From NCBI GenBank assembly GCA_001788395.1, contig MGBT01000060.1:4233-67381 (forward strand): DNA of 63,149 nt. Direction: 5' to 3'. This document shows, piece after piece, positions 21,476 to 36,109 of the stretch (positions within the stretch are counted from its first letter, which is position 1; the number at the start of each line of letters is the position of its first letter). Made by a program: the position numbers and the translations under genes. The DNA is from Candidatus Rokubacteria bacterium GWA2_70_23. GTDB taxonomy: Bacteria; Methylomirabilota; Methylomirabilia; Rokubacteriales; CSP1-6. The notes beneath the pieces were generated by a model that worked only from the letters and a program-made list of their open reading frames with translations, had not been told where the DNA came from and searched no databases.

Positions 21476-24058
21476 TTGAAGGTCATTGACCTCGCGAAGC
21501 AGCTCGGCGTGACGAGCAAGGATCTGCTCGTGGCGTTGGAAGGGATGGGGCACAAGGGAAAGCGGGCCATGACCCCGCTGGATACGGCCACCGCCAACGA
21601 GCTCTGTGTCAAGCTCGGCCGAGGGCGAGAGCTGCCCGTGGAGGCCAAGCCGAAGCGCGCGGCCAAACCAAAGACCGCTCCCGAGGGTGGGGAGGGCGTC
21701 GCTGTCGCCGAGCCGGCGAAGAAGCGAGCCGCAGGACAACGCGAGGCGAAGCCGGCCGCACGAAAGCCAGCCACCAGGGCTCCCAAGGTGGAGCCGGCCG
21801 CCGAGGTAGTCAAGCCGGCCGCCATCATCTTCCGTCCGGCCCCTGCCGTTCCAATTCCGCCGCCCGCTGGCGAGGTGATCCCTGCGGCGGGAGCGGCCCC
21901 GGCTGCTCCTGCCGCTCCCGCCGAGCCGACGAGGTTCGAGCCCCCGAAGGTCGAGCCGCTCAAGCCGGCCGTGGCCAGGCCTGCGCCCGGCGACCCGATG
22001 CGTCCCGCCGCTGCCGCGCCGCCGATGGTCCCGGGTATCCCGAAACCCCCCGGGGCGCCGCCGCGAGTCCTGACGCCGACCGCCACGGCCGCCGCGCCCG
22101 CGGCACCGAGCGTGAAGCCCGCCATGCCGGTCCCTCCCGCGCGCCCCGCGGTCCCGGGTCGTCTGGTGACACCGGCGGCGCCGGCGGTCGCCGCGCCGCC
22201 CGCCCGTCCGGCCGCGCCGGTCGCTTCGCCCGCGCCGCCCGCGCCCGCGAAGGTCGAGCCGAAGCCTGCCGTCGCTGCGCCTCCGGCCGAGCCCGAGCCG
22301 CCCGCCGAGATCAAGCGCGAGCTGGTCAAGCTGCCTGAGTCCGTCACGGTGGGTGAGCTGGCGGCGGCGATGCGGCGGAAGTCCGGCGAGGTGATCAAGG
22401 CGCTACTCGATCTGGGCGTCATGGCCAGCGTCAACGAGGTGCTCGATCCCACGGCCGCCAAGCTGGTCGCCGACAAGTTCCACTTCGACGTCGAGGTGCG
22501 GTCGCTGGAGGGCGACATCCTCGAAGAGGAAGAGACTGACCCGAGCCAGCTTGTCACGCGGCCGCCGGTCGTCACCGTCATGGGCCACGTCGACCACGGG
22601 AAGACGTCCCTGCTGGACGCCATCCGCACCACGAAGGTCGCGGAGAAGGAGTTCGGCGGCATCACCCAGCACATCGGTGCGTACCAGGTGGAGACCCCTC
22701 ACGGGAAGGTGACCTTCCTCGACACGCCGGGCCACGAGGCCTTCACCGCCATGCGGGCCCGCGGAGCCCAGGCCACGGACATCGTCATCCTGGTCGTGGC
22801 CGCGGACGACGGCGTCATGCCCCAGACGGTCGAGGCCGTGAATCACGCCAAGGCCGCGAACGTGCCCATCCTGGTGGCGGTGAACAAGATCGACAAGCCG
22901 GGCGCCGATCCCGATCGGGTCAAGCGGGAGCTCTCCAATCTGGGGCTCGTGCCCGAGGACTGGGGCGGGCAGACGATCTTCGTGCACACCTCGGCCAAGA
23001 AGGGCGACGGCATCCAGCAGCTCCTGGAGATGACGGCGCTGCAGTCGGACATCCTGGAGCTCAAGGCCAACCCGAGTCGTGCGGCCCGCGGGGTGATCGT
23101 GGAAGGGCGGCTCGATCGCGGCCGCGGCCCCGTGGCGACGGCGCTGATCCAGTCGGGGACGCTGAAAGAGGGCGACGCCGTCGTGGTCGGCTCCCGGTCG
23201 GGCCGGGTCCGCGCCATGTTCAACGATCGCGGCAAGAAGGTCCAGAAGGCCGGGCCCTCCGATCCGGTGGAGGTCCTCGGCCTCTCGGGCGTGCCCCAGG
23301 CCGGCGACACCCTGCTGGTGGTCGCCGACGAGCGCAAGGCGCGCCAGATCGCGACCGTGCGCTCGGAGCGAGACAGGCTCAAGGGCAAGGGCGGCACGCG
23401 GATCACCCTGGAGGAGCTGCACAAGCAGATCGAGGCGGGCGAGGTCAAGGAGCTCCGGCTGGTGCTCAAGGCCGACGTCCAGGGATCGGTGGAAGCCCTC
23501 ACGGAATCCCTCGAGCGGCTCTCCACCGACGAGGTGAAGCTCAAGGTCATCCACGGCTCCGTGGGTGCGGTGAACGAGTCCGACGTCATGCTGGCCTCGG
23601 CCTCCAACGCCATCGTCCTCGGCTTCAACGTCAAGGCCGATCCCAAGGCGGCGTCGCAGGCGCAGGCCGACGGTGTGGATCTCCGCAGCTACAACGTCAT
23701 CTACGACGTGATCAACGACGTCAGGGCGGCGCTGTCCGGGATGCTCGCTCCCGAGATCCGCGAAGTGATCCTGGGACGAGCCCAGGTGCGCCAGCTGTTC
23801 CCCATCACCAAGCTGGGCTTGGTGCTCGGATCGGCGGTGACCGAGGGCAAGATGGTGCGCGGGGCGCGAGTGCGGGTCAAGCGCGGCGAGACCGTCGCGG
23901 GCGAGGGGACGGTCAGCTCGCTGAAACGCTTCAAGGACGATGTGCGCGAGGTTCTCCAGGGGCTCGAGTGCGGCATCGGGGTCGAGGGCGTCAAGAGCGT
24001 CCAGCCGGGGGACATCATCGAGGCCTTCACCACCGAAGAGGTGGCCCGGACGCTCTGA
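21476..24058 (+). CDS. infB: Translation initiation factor IF-2
   Basis: ORF 21419..24058. Likely start is TTG 21476 ([12 protein letters not shown] resembles IF-2 N-termini); GTG 21419 is an alternative. Pro/Ala-rich linker; GTPase G-domain [21 protein letters not shown]. Confidence 0.95.
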   Translation: MKVIDLAKQLGVTSKDLLVALEGMGHKGKRAMTPLDTATANELCVKLGRGRELPVEAKPKRAAKPKTAPEGGEGVAVAEPAKKRAAGQREAKPAARKPATRAPKVEPAAEVVKPAAIIFRPAPAVPIPPPAGEVIPAAGAAPAAPAAPAEPTRFEPPKVEPLKPAVARPAPGDPMRPAAAAPPMVPGIPKPPGAPPRVLTPTATAAAPAAPSVKPAMPVPPARPAVPGRLVTPAAPAVAAPPARPAAPVASPAPPAPAKVEPKPAVAAPPAEPEPPAEIKRELVKLPESVTVGELAAAMRRKSGEVIKALLDLGVMASVNEVLDPTAAKLVADKFHFDVEVRSLEGDILEEEETDPSQLVTRPPVVTVMGHVDHGKTSLLDAIRTTKVAEKEFGGITQHIGAYQVETPHGKVTFLDTPGHEAFTAMRARGAQATDIVILVVAADDGVMPQTVEAVNHAKAANVPILVAVNKIDKPGADPDRVKRELSNLGLVPEDWGGQTIFVHTSAKKGDGIQQLLEMTALQSDILELKANPSRAARGVIVEGRLDRGRGPVATALIQSGTLKEGDAVVVGSRSGRVRAMFNDRGKKVQKAGPSDPVEVLGLSGVPQAGDTLLVVADERKARQIATVRSERDRLKGKGGTRITLEELHKQIEAGEVKELRLVLKADVQGSVEALTESLERLSTDEVKLKVIHGSVGAVNESDVMLASASNAIVLGFNVKADPKAASQAQADGVDLRSYNVIYDVINDVRAALSGMLAPEIREVILGRAQVRQLFPITKLGLVLGSAVTEGKMVRGARVRVKRGETVAGEGTVSSLKRFKDDVREVLQGLECGIGVEGVKSVQPGDIIEAFTTEEVARTL

Positions 24059-24059
24059 G

Positions 24060-24350
24060 ATGTCCGCGGCGCGCGTCGCAGTCGGCACGGTGGAGATCCA
24101 CCTGCCGGGCGTGGGGTCGCTGAAGGGCAAGCGGCACGCGCTGAAGGGGTTGAAGGAGAAGCTCCGGCACCGGTTCGAGATCTCGGTCGCCGAAGTGGAT
24201 CACCAGGATTCCTGGCAGCGCTCCACCCTGGCCCTGGCGTGCGTCTCCGCCGACTCCCGTCATGCCAACGAGGTCATCTCGAAGGCCCTCGACTTCATCG
24301 AAGACAACGTGGACGGCTACGTGATCGACGTCCAGGTGGAGATTCTCTAG
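24060..24350 (+). CDS. DUF503 family protein (YlxP-like)
   Basis: ATG 24060 in ORF 23940..24350. 96 aa in the conserved position between infB and rbfA. GSLKGKRHALKGLKEKL is typical of the family. Confidence 0.8.
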   Translation: MSAARVAVGTVEIHLPGVGSLKGKRHALKGLKEKLRHRFEISVAEVDHQDSWQRSTLALACVSADSRHANEVISKALDFIEDNVDGYVIDVQVEIL

Positions 24351-24351
24351 C

Positions 24352-24717
24352 ATGCAAGGCAAGCGCTTGGAACGTGTCAACCAGCTCATCAAGGAGGAGA
24401 TCTCCACCCTCGTGCAGCGCGAGCTGAAGGATCCGCGGCTCGGGTTCGTCACGATCACCGAGGTGGACGTCACGCCGGATCTCAAGCAGGCCAAGGTGTT
24501 CGTGTCCGTCCTCGGGCCCGAGGAGAAGTGGGTGTCCTCGTTCACGGCCCTCGAGAACGCGCGAGGCTTCATCTGGAGCTGGCTGCGCAAGCACCTGGAC
24601 CTCCGGGTGACGCCGCAGCTGCTCTTTCGCCCGGACCGCTCCATGGAGCACGCCGCCCGCATGCAGTCGCTCCTGGCGGGCCTCCACCGGCAGGAGCCGC
24701 CCGAGCCCCAGGAGTGA
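24352..24717 (+). CDS. rbfA: Ribosome-binding factor A
   Basis: RVNQLIKEEISTLV, DPRLGFVTITEVDVTPDLKQAKVF. Confidence 0.95.
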   Translation: MQGKRLERVNQLIKEEISTLVQRELKDPRLGFVTITEVDVTPDLKQAKVFVSVLGPEEKWVSSFTALENARGFIWSWLRKHLDLRVTPQLLFRPDRSMEHAARMQSLLAGLHRQEPPEPQE

Positions 24718-24721
24718 TCCC

Positions 24722-25708
24722 GTGACCGAGCTCTTCTCGTCCCCTCCTCTGGCCCTCCTCGACGCCCTGGCCCAGCCGCGCGGTCAGGCGCTGTTACTCG
24801 GGCACGTGCACCCGGACGGCGACGTGCTGGGCACGCTCCTCGGAGCCGGCCTCGCGCTGGAGCACGCAGGGTGGACGGTCACCTTCGCCGGACCGCACCC
24901 CGTGCCCGATGTGCTCGCCTTCCTGCCGGGGGCCGCCCGGTGGGAGGTGTGGACCGTCGCGCCGCGGATCTTCGATGTCATCGTGCTCACCGACTGCCCG
25001 GATCACGCGCGGACGGAAGGGCTCCTCGAGCAGGCGCGAGCCGCCGGGAGTCGGGTCCTCAACATCGATCACCACCCGGACAACCGGCGCTACGGCACGG
25101 TGAACTGGGTCGACCCATCGGCCGCTGCCACCGGCGAGATGATCCACGAGCTCCTCGGGGCCCTGGGGCTCACGGTGACGCCGGAGATCGCGCTGTGCCT
25201 CTTCACGGCCATTCACACGGACACGGGGTCGTTCCGCTACTCCAACACGACGGCGCGCACCTTCCGTATCGCGGCCGAGCTCACGGCCGCCGGCGCCCAG
25301 CCGGCTCTCGTGTCCGACCGGCTCTACCAGCAGCGCCCGCCGGACGCGCTTCGCCAGCTCGGCGTGGTGCTCGAGGGGATCCGCGTCAGCGACGACGGGC
25401 AGGTGGCCTGGCTCACGGTGCCGCGGGGATTCGTCTCCGGGTCGTTCATGGCGGCGGAGGACCTGGCCAGCTACCCGCGCTCGCTGCGCGGGGTCAGGGT
25501 CGCGCTGCTCTTCAGCGAGGAGGCGCCGGGCGCGGTGAAGGTGAGCCTGCGAGGCAAGGGCGAGGTGCCCGTGAACCGCATCGCGGCGCGCTTCGGCGGG
25601 GGCGGGCACGAGAACGCCGCCGGCTGCACCGTGACCGGGACGCTCGACGAGGCCACCGCCACCGTGCTGGACGCCGTGCGCGACGCGCTGGCATCCCGCG
25701 CGCGGTGA
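24722..25708 (+). CDS. nrnA: DHH-family phosphoesterase (NrnA-like oligoribonuclease / pAp phosphatase)
   Basis: GHVHPDGD, NIDHHPDN (DHH motif) and GGGHENAAG (DHHA1). Confidence 0.88.
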   Translation: MTELFSSPPLALLDALAQPRGQALLLGHVHPDGDVLGTLLGAGLALEHAGWTVTFAGPHPVPDVLAFLPGAARWEVWTVAPRIFDVIVLTDCPDHARTEGLLEQARAAGSRVLNIDHHPDNRRYGTVNWVDPSAAATGEMIHELLGALGLTVTPEIALCLFTAIHTDTGSFRYSNTTARTFRIAAELTAAGAQPALVSDRLYQQRPPDALRQLGVVLEGIRVSDDGQVAWLTVPRGFVSGSFMAAEDLASYPRSLRGVRVALLFSEEAPGAVKVSLRGKGEVPVNRIAARFGGGGHENAAGCTVTGTLDEATATVLDAVRDALASRAR

Positions 25709-26622
25709 GCCAGGCGCAGCGCTCCGGGGTGCTGTCGGTCGAGAAGGGGTCTGGCGTCACCTCGTTCCAGGTCGTGGCGCATCTCCGCCGCCTCCTGCGT
25801 GCGCCGAAGGTGGGCCACGGGGGGACGCTCGATCCCGATGCAACCGGCGTGCTGCCGATCCTGATCGGCGAGGCCACCAAGCTCACGCCGTACCTCGCGG
25901 AGCTCGACAAGGAATACCTCGCCACCGTCACGCTGGGGCTCGTCACCGACACCCAGGACGCCTCGGGCGAGGTCATCGAGACGCGTGAGGTGCCTCCGCT
26001 GACGGCCGATGGGCTCAGGGGCATTGTCCAGCGCTTCGTCGGCAACATCACGCAGGTGCCGCCCATGTACTCGGCTCTCCACCACGGCGGCAAGCGTCTC
26101 TACGAGATCGCCCGGCAGGGCGGCGAGGTGGAGCGTCAGCCTCGACAGATCCAGGTGCACGCCATCACGCTCGAGGCGCTCGCGCCCCCGCGCTTCACCA
26201 TCCGCGTCCACTGCGGCAAGGGCACGTATGTGCGGACCATCGCGGCTGACATCGGCGAGGCTCTGGGATGCGGTGCCGTGCTGTCGGCGCTTGTGCGCAC
26301 GCGCGTCGGGCCTTACGATCTGGCCTCCGCCGTGCCGTGGGTGGAGGTGCGGGACGCGCGGGACGGGGCCCGGCTCTGGGAGCGCGTGCTTCCCCTCGAC
26401 TCGGCCATCCAGGGGCTCCCGGCGATCACCCTCGACGCGGCCGTCGTGCCGGCCTTCCTGCACGGACAGGCCGTATCGGCTCCCGCTGCCGCCCAGGGCG
26501 TGCTCCGGGTGTACGCGTCCGACGGCGGTCTCCTCGGTCTGGGTGTCGGCCGCGGCGCCACCGTCAAGCCCGAAAGACTCCTCCATGCGGATCGTCCGCG
26601 GCCTCGCGTCCTTCCCGGTTGA
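25705..26622 (+). CDS. truB: tRNA pseudouridine(55) synthase
   Basis: GTG 25705 (GTGA overlap) in ORF 24871..26622. KVGHGGTLDPDATGVLPI catalytic Asp motif. Confidence 0.94.
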   Translation: MSQAQRSGVLSVEKGSGVTSFQVVAHLRRLLRAPKVGHGGTLDPDATGVLPILIGEATKLTPYLAELDKEYLATVTLGLVTDTQDASGEVIETREVPPLTADGLRGIVQRFVGNITQVPPMYSALHHGGKRLYEIARQGGEVERQPRQIQVHAITLEALAPPRFTIRVHCGKGTYVRTIAADIGEALGCGAVLSALVRTRVGPYDLASAVPWVEVRDARDGARLWERVLPLDSAIQGLPAITLDAAVVPAFLHGQAVSAPAAAQGVLRVYASDGGLLGLGVGRGATVKPERLLHADRPRPRVLPG

Positions 26623-27532
26623 GCTGACGCCGTCGGTCACGGCCCTCGGGGCCTTCGACGGCATCCACCTGGCGCACGCCAAGATCCTCGCGACGACCGT
26701 CGAGCGCGCCCGCGCGCTCGGGGTCGCGGCACTGGCCTGCACGTTCCATCCGCACCCCGCCGCGGTGCTCCGCCCGGAGCGTGCCCCGGCGCCCATCGCG
26801 GCCCCGGAGGAGAATCTCGCTCGGATGGCACGGCACGGCCTCGATGCCGCCGTGGTCATCCCGTTCACCCTGGAATTCTCGAGGCTGGAAGCCGAGGCGT
26901 TCGTCGAGACCGTGCTGGTGGACACGCTGCGGGTCAGGGAGGTCGTCGTGGGATACAACCACACCTTCGGGCGGGGCGCCCGCGGGACGGCCGCGCTGCT
27001 GCGCCAGCTGGGTGACCGGCACGGGTTCGTCGCACACGTCGTGCCCCCGCTCCAGGTCGACGACCAGACGGTATCCTCCAGCGCCATTCGGGAGGCCCTC
27101 CGGGACGGGGACCTGGGCCGGGCTCGGGCGTTCCTGGGCCACCCGTACCTGGCGAGCGGTCCCGTCCTCCGCGGGGCCGGGCGCGGCCGGACGCTCGGCT
27201 TTCCCACGGCCAATCTGCGGCCCGATCGCCCGCTCATCCTGGCCCCGGGTGTCTATGCGGCGTGGGCGTCCTGGTCTGGCGGGCAAGCGGCCGCGGTCGT
27301 GAACGTCGGGTACCGTCCGACCTTCGGGGAGAACGACTACTGGGTGGAGGCGTACCTGCTCGACTTCGATGGCGACCTCTACGACGAGACCCTCACGCTC
27401 TCCTTCGTGGAGCGAATCAGGGCCGAGATGAAGTTCGAGAGCGCGGATGCCCTCACGCGGCAGGTGGCTGCGGATATCGAGACGGGACGCCGCCTCGCGG
27501 GCTCGTGGCCTCTCGAGGCCAGAAACGGGTGA
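26585..27532 (+). CDS. ribF: Bifunctional riboflavin kinase / FAD synthetase
   Basis: ATG 26585 in ORF 26009..27532; overlaps truB 3' end by 38 nt. GAFDGIHLAHAKIL; GRTLGFPTAN. Confidence 0.93.
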   Translation: MRIVRGLASFPVELTPSVTALGAFDGIHLAHAKILATTVERARALGVAALACTFHPHPAAVLRPERAPAPIAAPEENLARMARHGLDAAVVIPFTLEFSRLEAEAFVETVLVDTLRVREVVVGYNHTFGRGARGTAALLRQLGDRHGFVAHVVPPLQVDDQTVSSSAIREALRDGDLGRARAFLGHPYLASGPVLRGAGRGRTLGFPTANLRPDRPLILAPGVYAAWASWSGGQAAAVVNVGYRPTFGENDYWVEAYLLDFDGDLYDETLTLSFVERIRAEMKFESADALTRQVAADIETGRRLAGSWPLEARNG

Positions 27533-27546
27533 GCGCGGCATTCGCC

Positions 27547-27575
27547 TTTACAGTCGGGCGGTTCCATGATAGCGT
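27547..27575 (+). promoter_or_regulatory. Promoter candidate for rpsO
   Basis: TTTACA (27547-27552), 17-nt spacer, TAGCGT (27570-27575). It would give a ~105-nt leader containing a G8-A-C6 hairpin (27658-27672) next to the GGAAGGAG SD. Confidence 0.35.
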
Positions 27576-27686
27576 CGCTGGGTAACGTCTGGGTTTTGCA
27601 TCGCTCTGGAACCCGTCCTGGCGGAGTCGCAGCAGGGACTCTGGGGGCGTGGCGATTGGGGGGGGACCCCCCGGAAGGAGACCTGC

Positions 27687-27956
27687 ATGCGTCTGTCCGT
27701 CGACAAGAAGAAGAGCCTCATCGAGCAGTTCAAGGTGCACGATGGGGACACCGGCTCTCCCGAGGTTCAGGTCGCCCTCCTGTCGGAACGCATCAACGGT
27801 CTCACCGATCACTTCAAGACCCACAAGAAAGACCATCACTCCCGGCGCGGGCTGCTGATGCTCATCGGCAAGCGCCGGGGGCTCCTGGAGTATCTCCGAA
27901 AGAAGGACGTGGAGCGGTACCGCGCCCTGACCGAGAGGCTCGGGCTCCGCAAGTGA
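27687..27956 (+). CDS. rpsO: 30S ribosomal protein S15
   Basis: 89 aa. [17 protein letters not shown]; [15 protein letters not shown]-type motif. Confidence 0.97.
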   Translation: MRLSVDKKKSLIEQFKVHDGDTGSPEVQVALLSERINGLTDHFKTHKKDHHSRRGLLMLIGKRRGLLEYLRKKDVERYRALTERLGLRK

Positions 27957-27988
27957 CCGCGGACCCAGACCTCATTCTGCCGCAGCGA

Positions 27989-28005
27989 GCCCGGCTGGGC
28001 CGGGC
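27989..28005 (+). promoter_or_regulatory. Hairpin in the rpsO-pnp spacer (candidate pnp leader processing / attenuation stem)
   Basis: GCCCGGC-TGG-GCCGGGC, a perfect 7-bp stem 46 nt upstream of the pnp ATG. Confidence 0.35.
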
Positions 28006-28050
28006 CCATCACATTCCTGCATCACCCCGAGCTGGAGGTTCAGTCAGCGT

Positions 28051-30185
<2,135 letters not shown>

Positions 30186-30186
<1 letters not shown>

Positions 30187-31451
30187 TGGGGGACCGGTAC
30201 CACAAGCATGTGCTGCCCAACGGCATTCGTGTGGTTGCGGAGTCGATGCCTCATGTGCGGTCGGTGGCCGTCGGTGTCTGGGTAGAGACCGGCTCGCGAG
30301 TCGAGCCGGAGGACCGCGGCGGGATCTCCCACCTGATCGAGCACCTGGTCTTCAAGGGGACCGCCACGCGGTCGGCCGAGGAGATCGCCCGCGCCATCGA
30401 CTCGGTCGGTGGGCACATGGACGCCTTCACCGCCAAGGAGCACACCTGTTTCTACGTGAGCGTGCTCGACGAGCACCTCCCCCTGGCCGCCGACCTCCTG
30501 ACGGACATCCTGATGCGCCCGCGCTTCGCCGAGGACGACATCGAGAAGGAGAAGTCGGTCGTGTTCCAGGAGATCAAGATGGTGGAGGACACGCCCGACG
30601 ATCTCATCCACGACCTCTTCGCCGAGCGGGTCTGGGCCGACCATCCGCTCGGGCGGCCGATCCTCGGCACCTGGGACTCGGTCCGGAGCTTCGGGCGGGA
30701 GACGATCCTGCGCCACTTCGAGGAGGAGTACGCCCCCACGAACATCATGGTGGCGGCGGCGGGGCATGCGGATCCCGCGCGCGTGGTGGACCTGTTCGCC
30801 CCGCGCTTCGAGGGCTTCCGGCGCCAGGCCATCCCCCGGCGCAGCGCGGCCCCGGTGCTGCACCCCGGCGTCCACGTCGTGCACAAGGCCCTCGAGCAGG
30901 TCCACCTGGTCCTGGGGTTTCCGGGGATCCCGGACGGGGCGCCGGAGCGCTACGCTCTCTATCTCCTGAACGACATCATCGGGGGCAGCATGTCGTCCCG
31001 GTTGTTCCAGGAGGTGCGCGAGCGCCAGGCCCTCGTCTACTCCGTGCACTCCGGGACGCAGGCGTTCCACGACGCCGGAGTCCTCTACGTCTACGCGGGC
31101 ACCGACGCGCCCAACTTCGGCAAGGTGCTCACGGCGCTCATGAAGGAGCTGCGCGCGATCAAGAAGGACGGGGTCACGGCCGAGGAGCTCCGCCGCGCCA
31201 AGGATCACCTCAAGGGCAACCTCATCCTGTCGCTGGAGTCGACCTCGAGCCGCATGAACCGCCTGGCGAAGCAGGAGCTCCGCTTCGGCTCCTTCCTGTC
31301 GGTGGACGAGATGCTCGCCGCCATCGACGCCGTCCGGCTCGAGGAGATCGAGGCTCTCATCCACCGGGTGCTCGACGACGAGCAGCTCTGCCTGCTGGCC
31401 CTCGGGCCCGTGGATCGGCACAGCCTCCCCCGCGACCTCACTCTCCGGTAG
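30186..31451 (+). CDS. M16 family zinc peptidase (pitrilysin-like)
   Basis: GTG start overlaps the pnp TAG. HLIEHLVFKGT inverted zinc motif HxxEH. Confidence 0.9.
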
Positions 31452-31452
31452 G

Positions 31453-32748
31453 ATGATCGAGCGCTACAGCCGCCCCGAGATGGCGCGCCTCTGGACCCAG
31501 GAGGCGAAGTACGAGGCCTGGCTGCGCGTCGAGCTGGCCGTGTGCGAGGCCTACGGGCGGCGGGGGCTCATCCCGCCCGAGGCGCTGGGGCGGATCAAGG
31601 CGCGAGCCACGCTCAACCCCCAGCGAATCGACGAGATCGAAGCGACGACGCATCACGACATCATCGCGTTCCTCACCAACCTGGAAGAGGCCATCGGCGC
31701 CGACTCTCGCTACGTTCACATCGGCCTCACCTCCTCCGACGTGGTGGACACGGCCCAGGCGCTCCAGCTGCAGCAGGCGTGCGAGCTCCTGCTGGCGGGC
31801 CTCGAGCGTTTCCGTGGCGCCGTCGGGGTGCTCGCGGTGCGGCACAAGGACACGCTCTGCGTGGGCCGCACCCACGGGATCCACGCCGAGCCCATGACCT
31901 TCGGGCTCAAGCCGGCGGGGTGGCACGCCGAGGCCGGGCGGAACCTGGAGCGGCTGCGCCGCGCCCGGGAGGCCGTGCGGGTGGGCAAGATCTCGGGCGC
32001 GGTCGGAACCTTCGCCCACGTCGCTCCCGACGTGGAAGAGGAGGTATGCCAGCTCCTCGGGCTCGAGCCGGCGCCGATCTCCACCCAGGTGCTTCAGCGC
32101 GACCGCAACGCCGAGCTCTGCGCGACCCTGGCGATCATCGCCGCCTCCCTCGAGAAGGTGGCGCTCGAGATCCGGTCGCTCCAGCGCACCGAGGTGCTCG
32201 AGGCGGAGGAGCCGTTCACCGAGGGGCAGAAGGGCTCGAGCGCCATGCCCCACAAGCGCAACCCGGTGTCCTGCGAGCAGGTGTGCGGCCTGGCGCGGCT
32301 GGTCCGGGCCAACGCGCACGCGGCGCTGGAGAACGTGGCGCTCTGGCACGAGCGGGACATCAGCCACTCGTCCGTGGAGCGGGTGATCCTGCCGGACTCC
32401 ACGCTCCTGGTGGACTACATGCTGCACCAGATGACGCGCGTCATCGAGGGGCTGCGGGTGTCGCCCGCGCAGATGCGGGAGAACATGGAGCGGAGCTACG
32501 GCCTCATGTTCTCCCAGCGGGTGCTCCTTTCGCTGACGGACAAGGGGCTGCCGCGCCAGCGGGCCTACGAGATGGTCCAGCGCAACGCGATGCGCGCGTG
32601 GCAGGACCGCACCGCCTTCCGCGACCTGCTCGCGGCCGACGGGGAGGTCATGGCGCGGCTCAGCCCGGCAGAGCTCGACGCCTGCTTCGACGCCGCCTGG
32701 TACGTGAGGAACGTGGACGCCATCTACAAGCGCCTGGGGCTTGGGTGA
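31453..32748 (+). CDS. purB: Adenylosuccinate lyase
   Basis: 431 aa. YSRPEM N-terminus; GSSAMPHKRNP signature. Confidence 0.96.
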   Translation: MIERYSRPEMARLWTQEAKYEAWLRVELAVCEAYGRRGLIPPEALGRIKARATLNPQRIDEIEATTHHDIIAFLTNLEEAIGADSRYVHIGLTSSDVVDTAQALQLQQACELLLAGLERFRGAVGVLAVRHKDTLCVGRTHGIHAEPMTFGLKPAGWHAEAGRNLERLRRAREAVRVGKISGAVGTFAHVAPDVEEEVCQLLGLEPAPISTQVLQRDRNAELCATLAIIAASLEKVALEIRSLQRTEVLEAEEPFTEGQKGSSAMPHKRNPVSCEQVCGLARLVRANAHAALENVALWHERDISHSSVERVILPDSTLLVDYMLHQMTRVIEGLRVSPAQMRENMERSYGLMFSQRVLLSLTDKGLPRQRAYEMVQRNAMRAWQDRTAFRDLLAADGEVMARLSPAELDACFDAAWYVRNVDAIYKRLGLG

Positions 32749-32811
32749 GGGGCCACTCACCATGGAGAAGCGCGAGAAGATCGAGGGGTCCCGTAGAATC
32801 GTGGGAGTCGC

Positions 32812-33060
32812 ATGAAGGCGAGGGTGCTCGTGCGGCTCAAGCCGGGGATCCTGGACGTCCAGGGCGCCTCCGTGAAGCGGGCCCTGGCCGGGCTCGGCTT
32901 CACCGAGGTCCGTGACATCCGGATCGGGAAGGTGATCGACCTGGAACTGGACGGGCTGGATGCCGCGGCGGCGAGGCAGCGGATCGACGAGATGTGCGCC
33001 CGGCTCCTGGCCAACCCCGTCATCGAGGACTTCACGGTGGAGAGCCTGCCCGGGAGCTGA
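32812..33060 (+). CDS. purS: Phosphoribosylformylglycinamidine synthase subunit PurS
   Basis: 82 aa. VRLKPGILDVQG and ANPVIEDF are typical of PurS. Confidence 0.93.
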   Translation: MKARVLVRLKPGILDVQGASVKRALAGLGFTEVRDIRIGKVIDLELDGLDAAAARQRIDEMCARLLANPVIEDFTVESLPGS

Positions 33061-33077
33061 TGTCGGACCGTTCGGCC

Positions 33078-33106
33078 TTGCCAGAACGGGGGGCGCGAGC
33101 TAGACT
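33078..33106 (+). promoter_or_regulatory. Internal promoter candidate ahead of purQ
   Basis: TTGCCA (33078-33083), 17-nt spacer, TAGACT (33101-33106). GAGGAGGAG SD before ATG 33143. Confidence 0.3.
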
Positions 33107-33142
33107 GAACGTGCCGCGACAAGAGGAGGAGCCTCTAGCCCC

Positions 33143-33856
33143 ATGAAATTCGGCGTGGTCGTGTTCCCCGGGACGTGGAGCGATTGCGACTTCCACTACG
33201 TCATCAGCGAGGTGCTCCACCAGCCGGTCAGCTATGTCTGGCACCGGGAGACGAACCTGGCCGATTTCGACTGCCTGGTGCTCCCGGGCGGGTTCTCCTA
33301 CGGCGACTACCTCCGTGCCGGCGCCGTGGCTGGCCGGTCGCCCGTGGTCGAGGCGCTCCCGGATTTCGTCGCCCGGGGCGGTGTCGTGCTGGGCTCCTGC
33401 AACGGCTTTCAGATCCTCTGCGAGGCCAAGCTCCTCCCCGGCGCGCTGATGCGCAACGAGTGTCTGCAGTATCGCTGCCAGTCCACCTACCTGAGAGTCG
33501 AGAATGCGGAGACCCCGTTCACGCGTGCCCTCAGGCCGGGGCAGGTTCTCCGGATGCCCATCTCTCACGGTGAGGGGAAGTTCTACGCCGACTGGGAGAC
33601 GCTCCGGGCCCTCAAGGACAAGCACCAGATCGTGTTCCGGTACTGCACGGAGGATGGGCGGCTCGCGAAGGAGGCCAATCCGAACGGCTCGCTGGACCAC
33701 ATCGCGGGCCTGGTGAACGAGGACGGCACCGTGCTGGGCATGATGCCCCACCCGGAGCGGGCTGCCGAGAACGCCATGGGGGGCACGGACGGCCTGCTCA
33801 TCTTCCACTCGCTCCTCGGCAGCCTCGTCGAGGACGGCAGCTTCCTCAAGCGGTAA
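33143..33856 (+). CDS. purQ: Phosphoribosylformylglycinamidine synthase subunit PurQ (glutaminase)
   Basis: VVVFPGTWSDCD, LPGGFSYGDYLR, GSCNGFQIL (catalytic Cys), MMPHPER. Confidence 0.96.
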   Translation: MKFGVVVFPGTWSDCDFHYVISEVLHQPVSYVWHRETNLADFDCLVLPGGFSYGDYLRAGAVAGRSPVVEALPDFVARGGVVLGSCNGFQILCEAKLLPGALMRNECLQYRCQSTYLRVENAETPFTRALRPGQVLRMPISHGEGKFYADWETLRALKDKHQIVFRYCTEDGRLAKEANPNGSLDHIAGLVNEDGTVLGMMPHPERAAENAMGGTDGLLIFHSLLGSLVEDGSFLKR

Positions 33857-33883
33857 GAGACACGGCGATGGAGTGGGGCCGGG

Positions 33884-36098
<2,215 letters not shown>

Positions 36099-36109
<11 letters not shown>

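Noticed and set aside
21650-22320. Pro/Ala-rich, quasi-repetitive stretch in the infB 5' half.
   Set aside because: It is in frame within IF-2. Low-complexity N-terminal linkers are a normal feature of IF-2, so it is not an independent repeat element.
26585-26622. 38-nt overlap between truB and ribF considered as a possible frameshift or fusion.
   Set aside because: Both proteins are full length with intact termini in their own frames. ATG 26585 gives a canonical RibF N-terminus (MRIVRGL...GAFDGIHLAH). The truB tail may simply be a slightly extended ORF.
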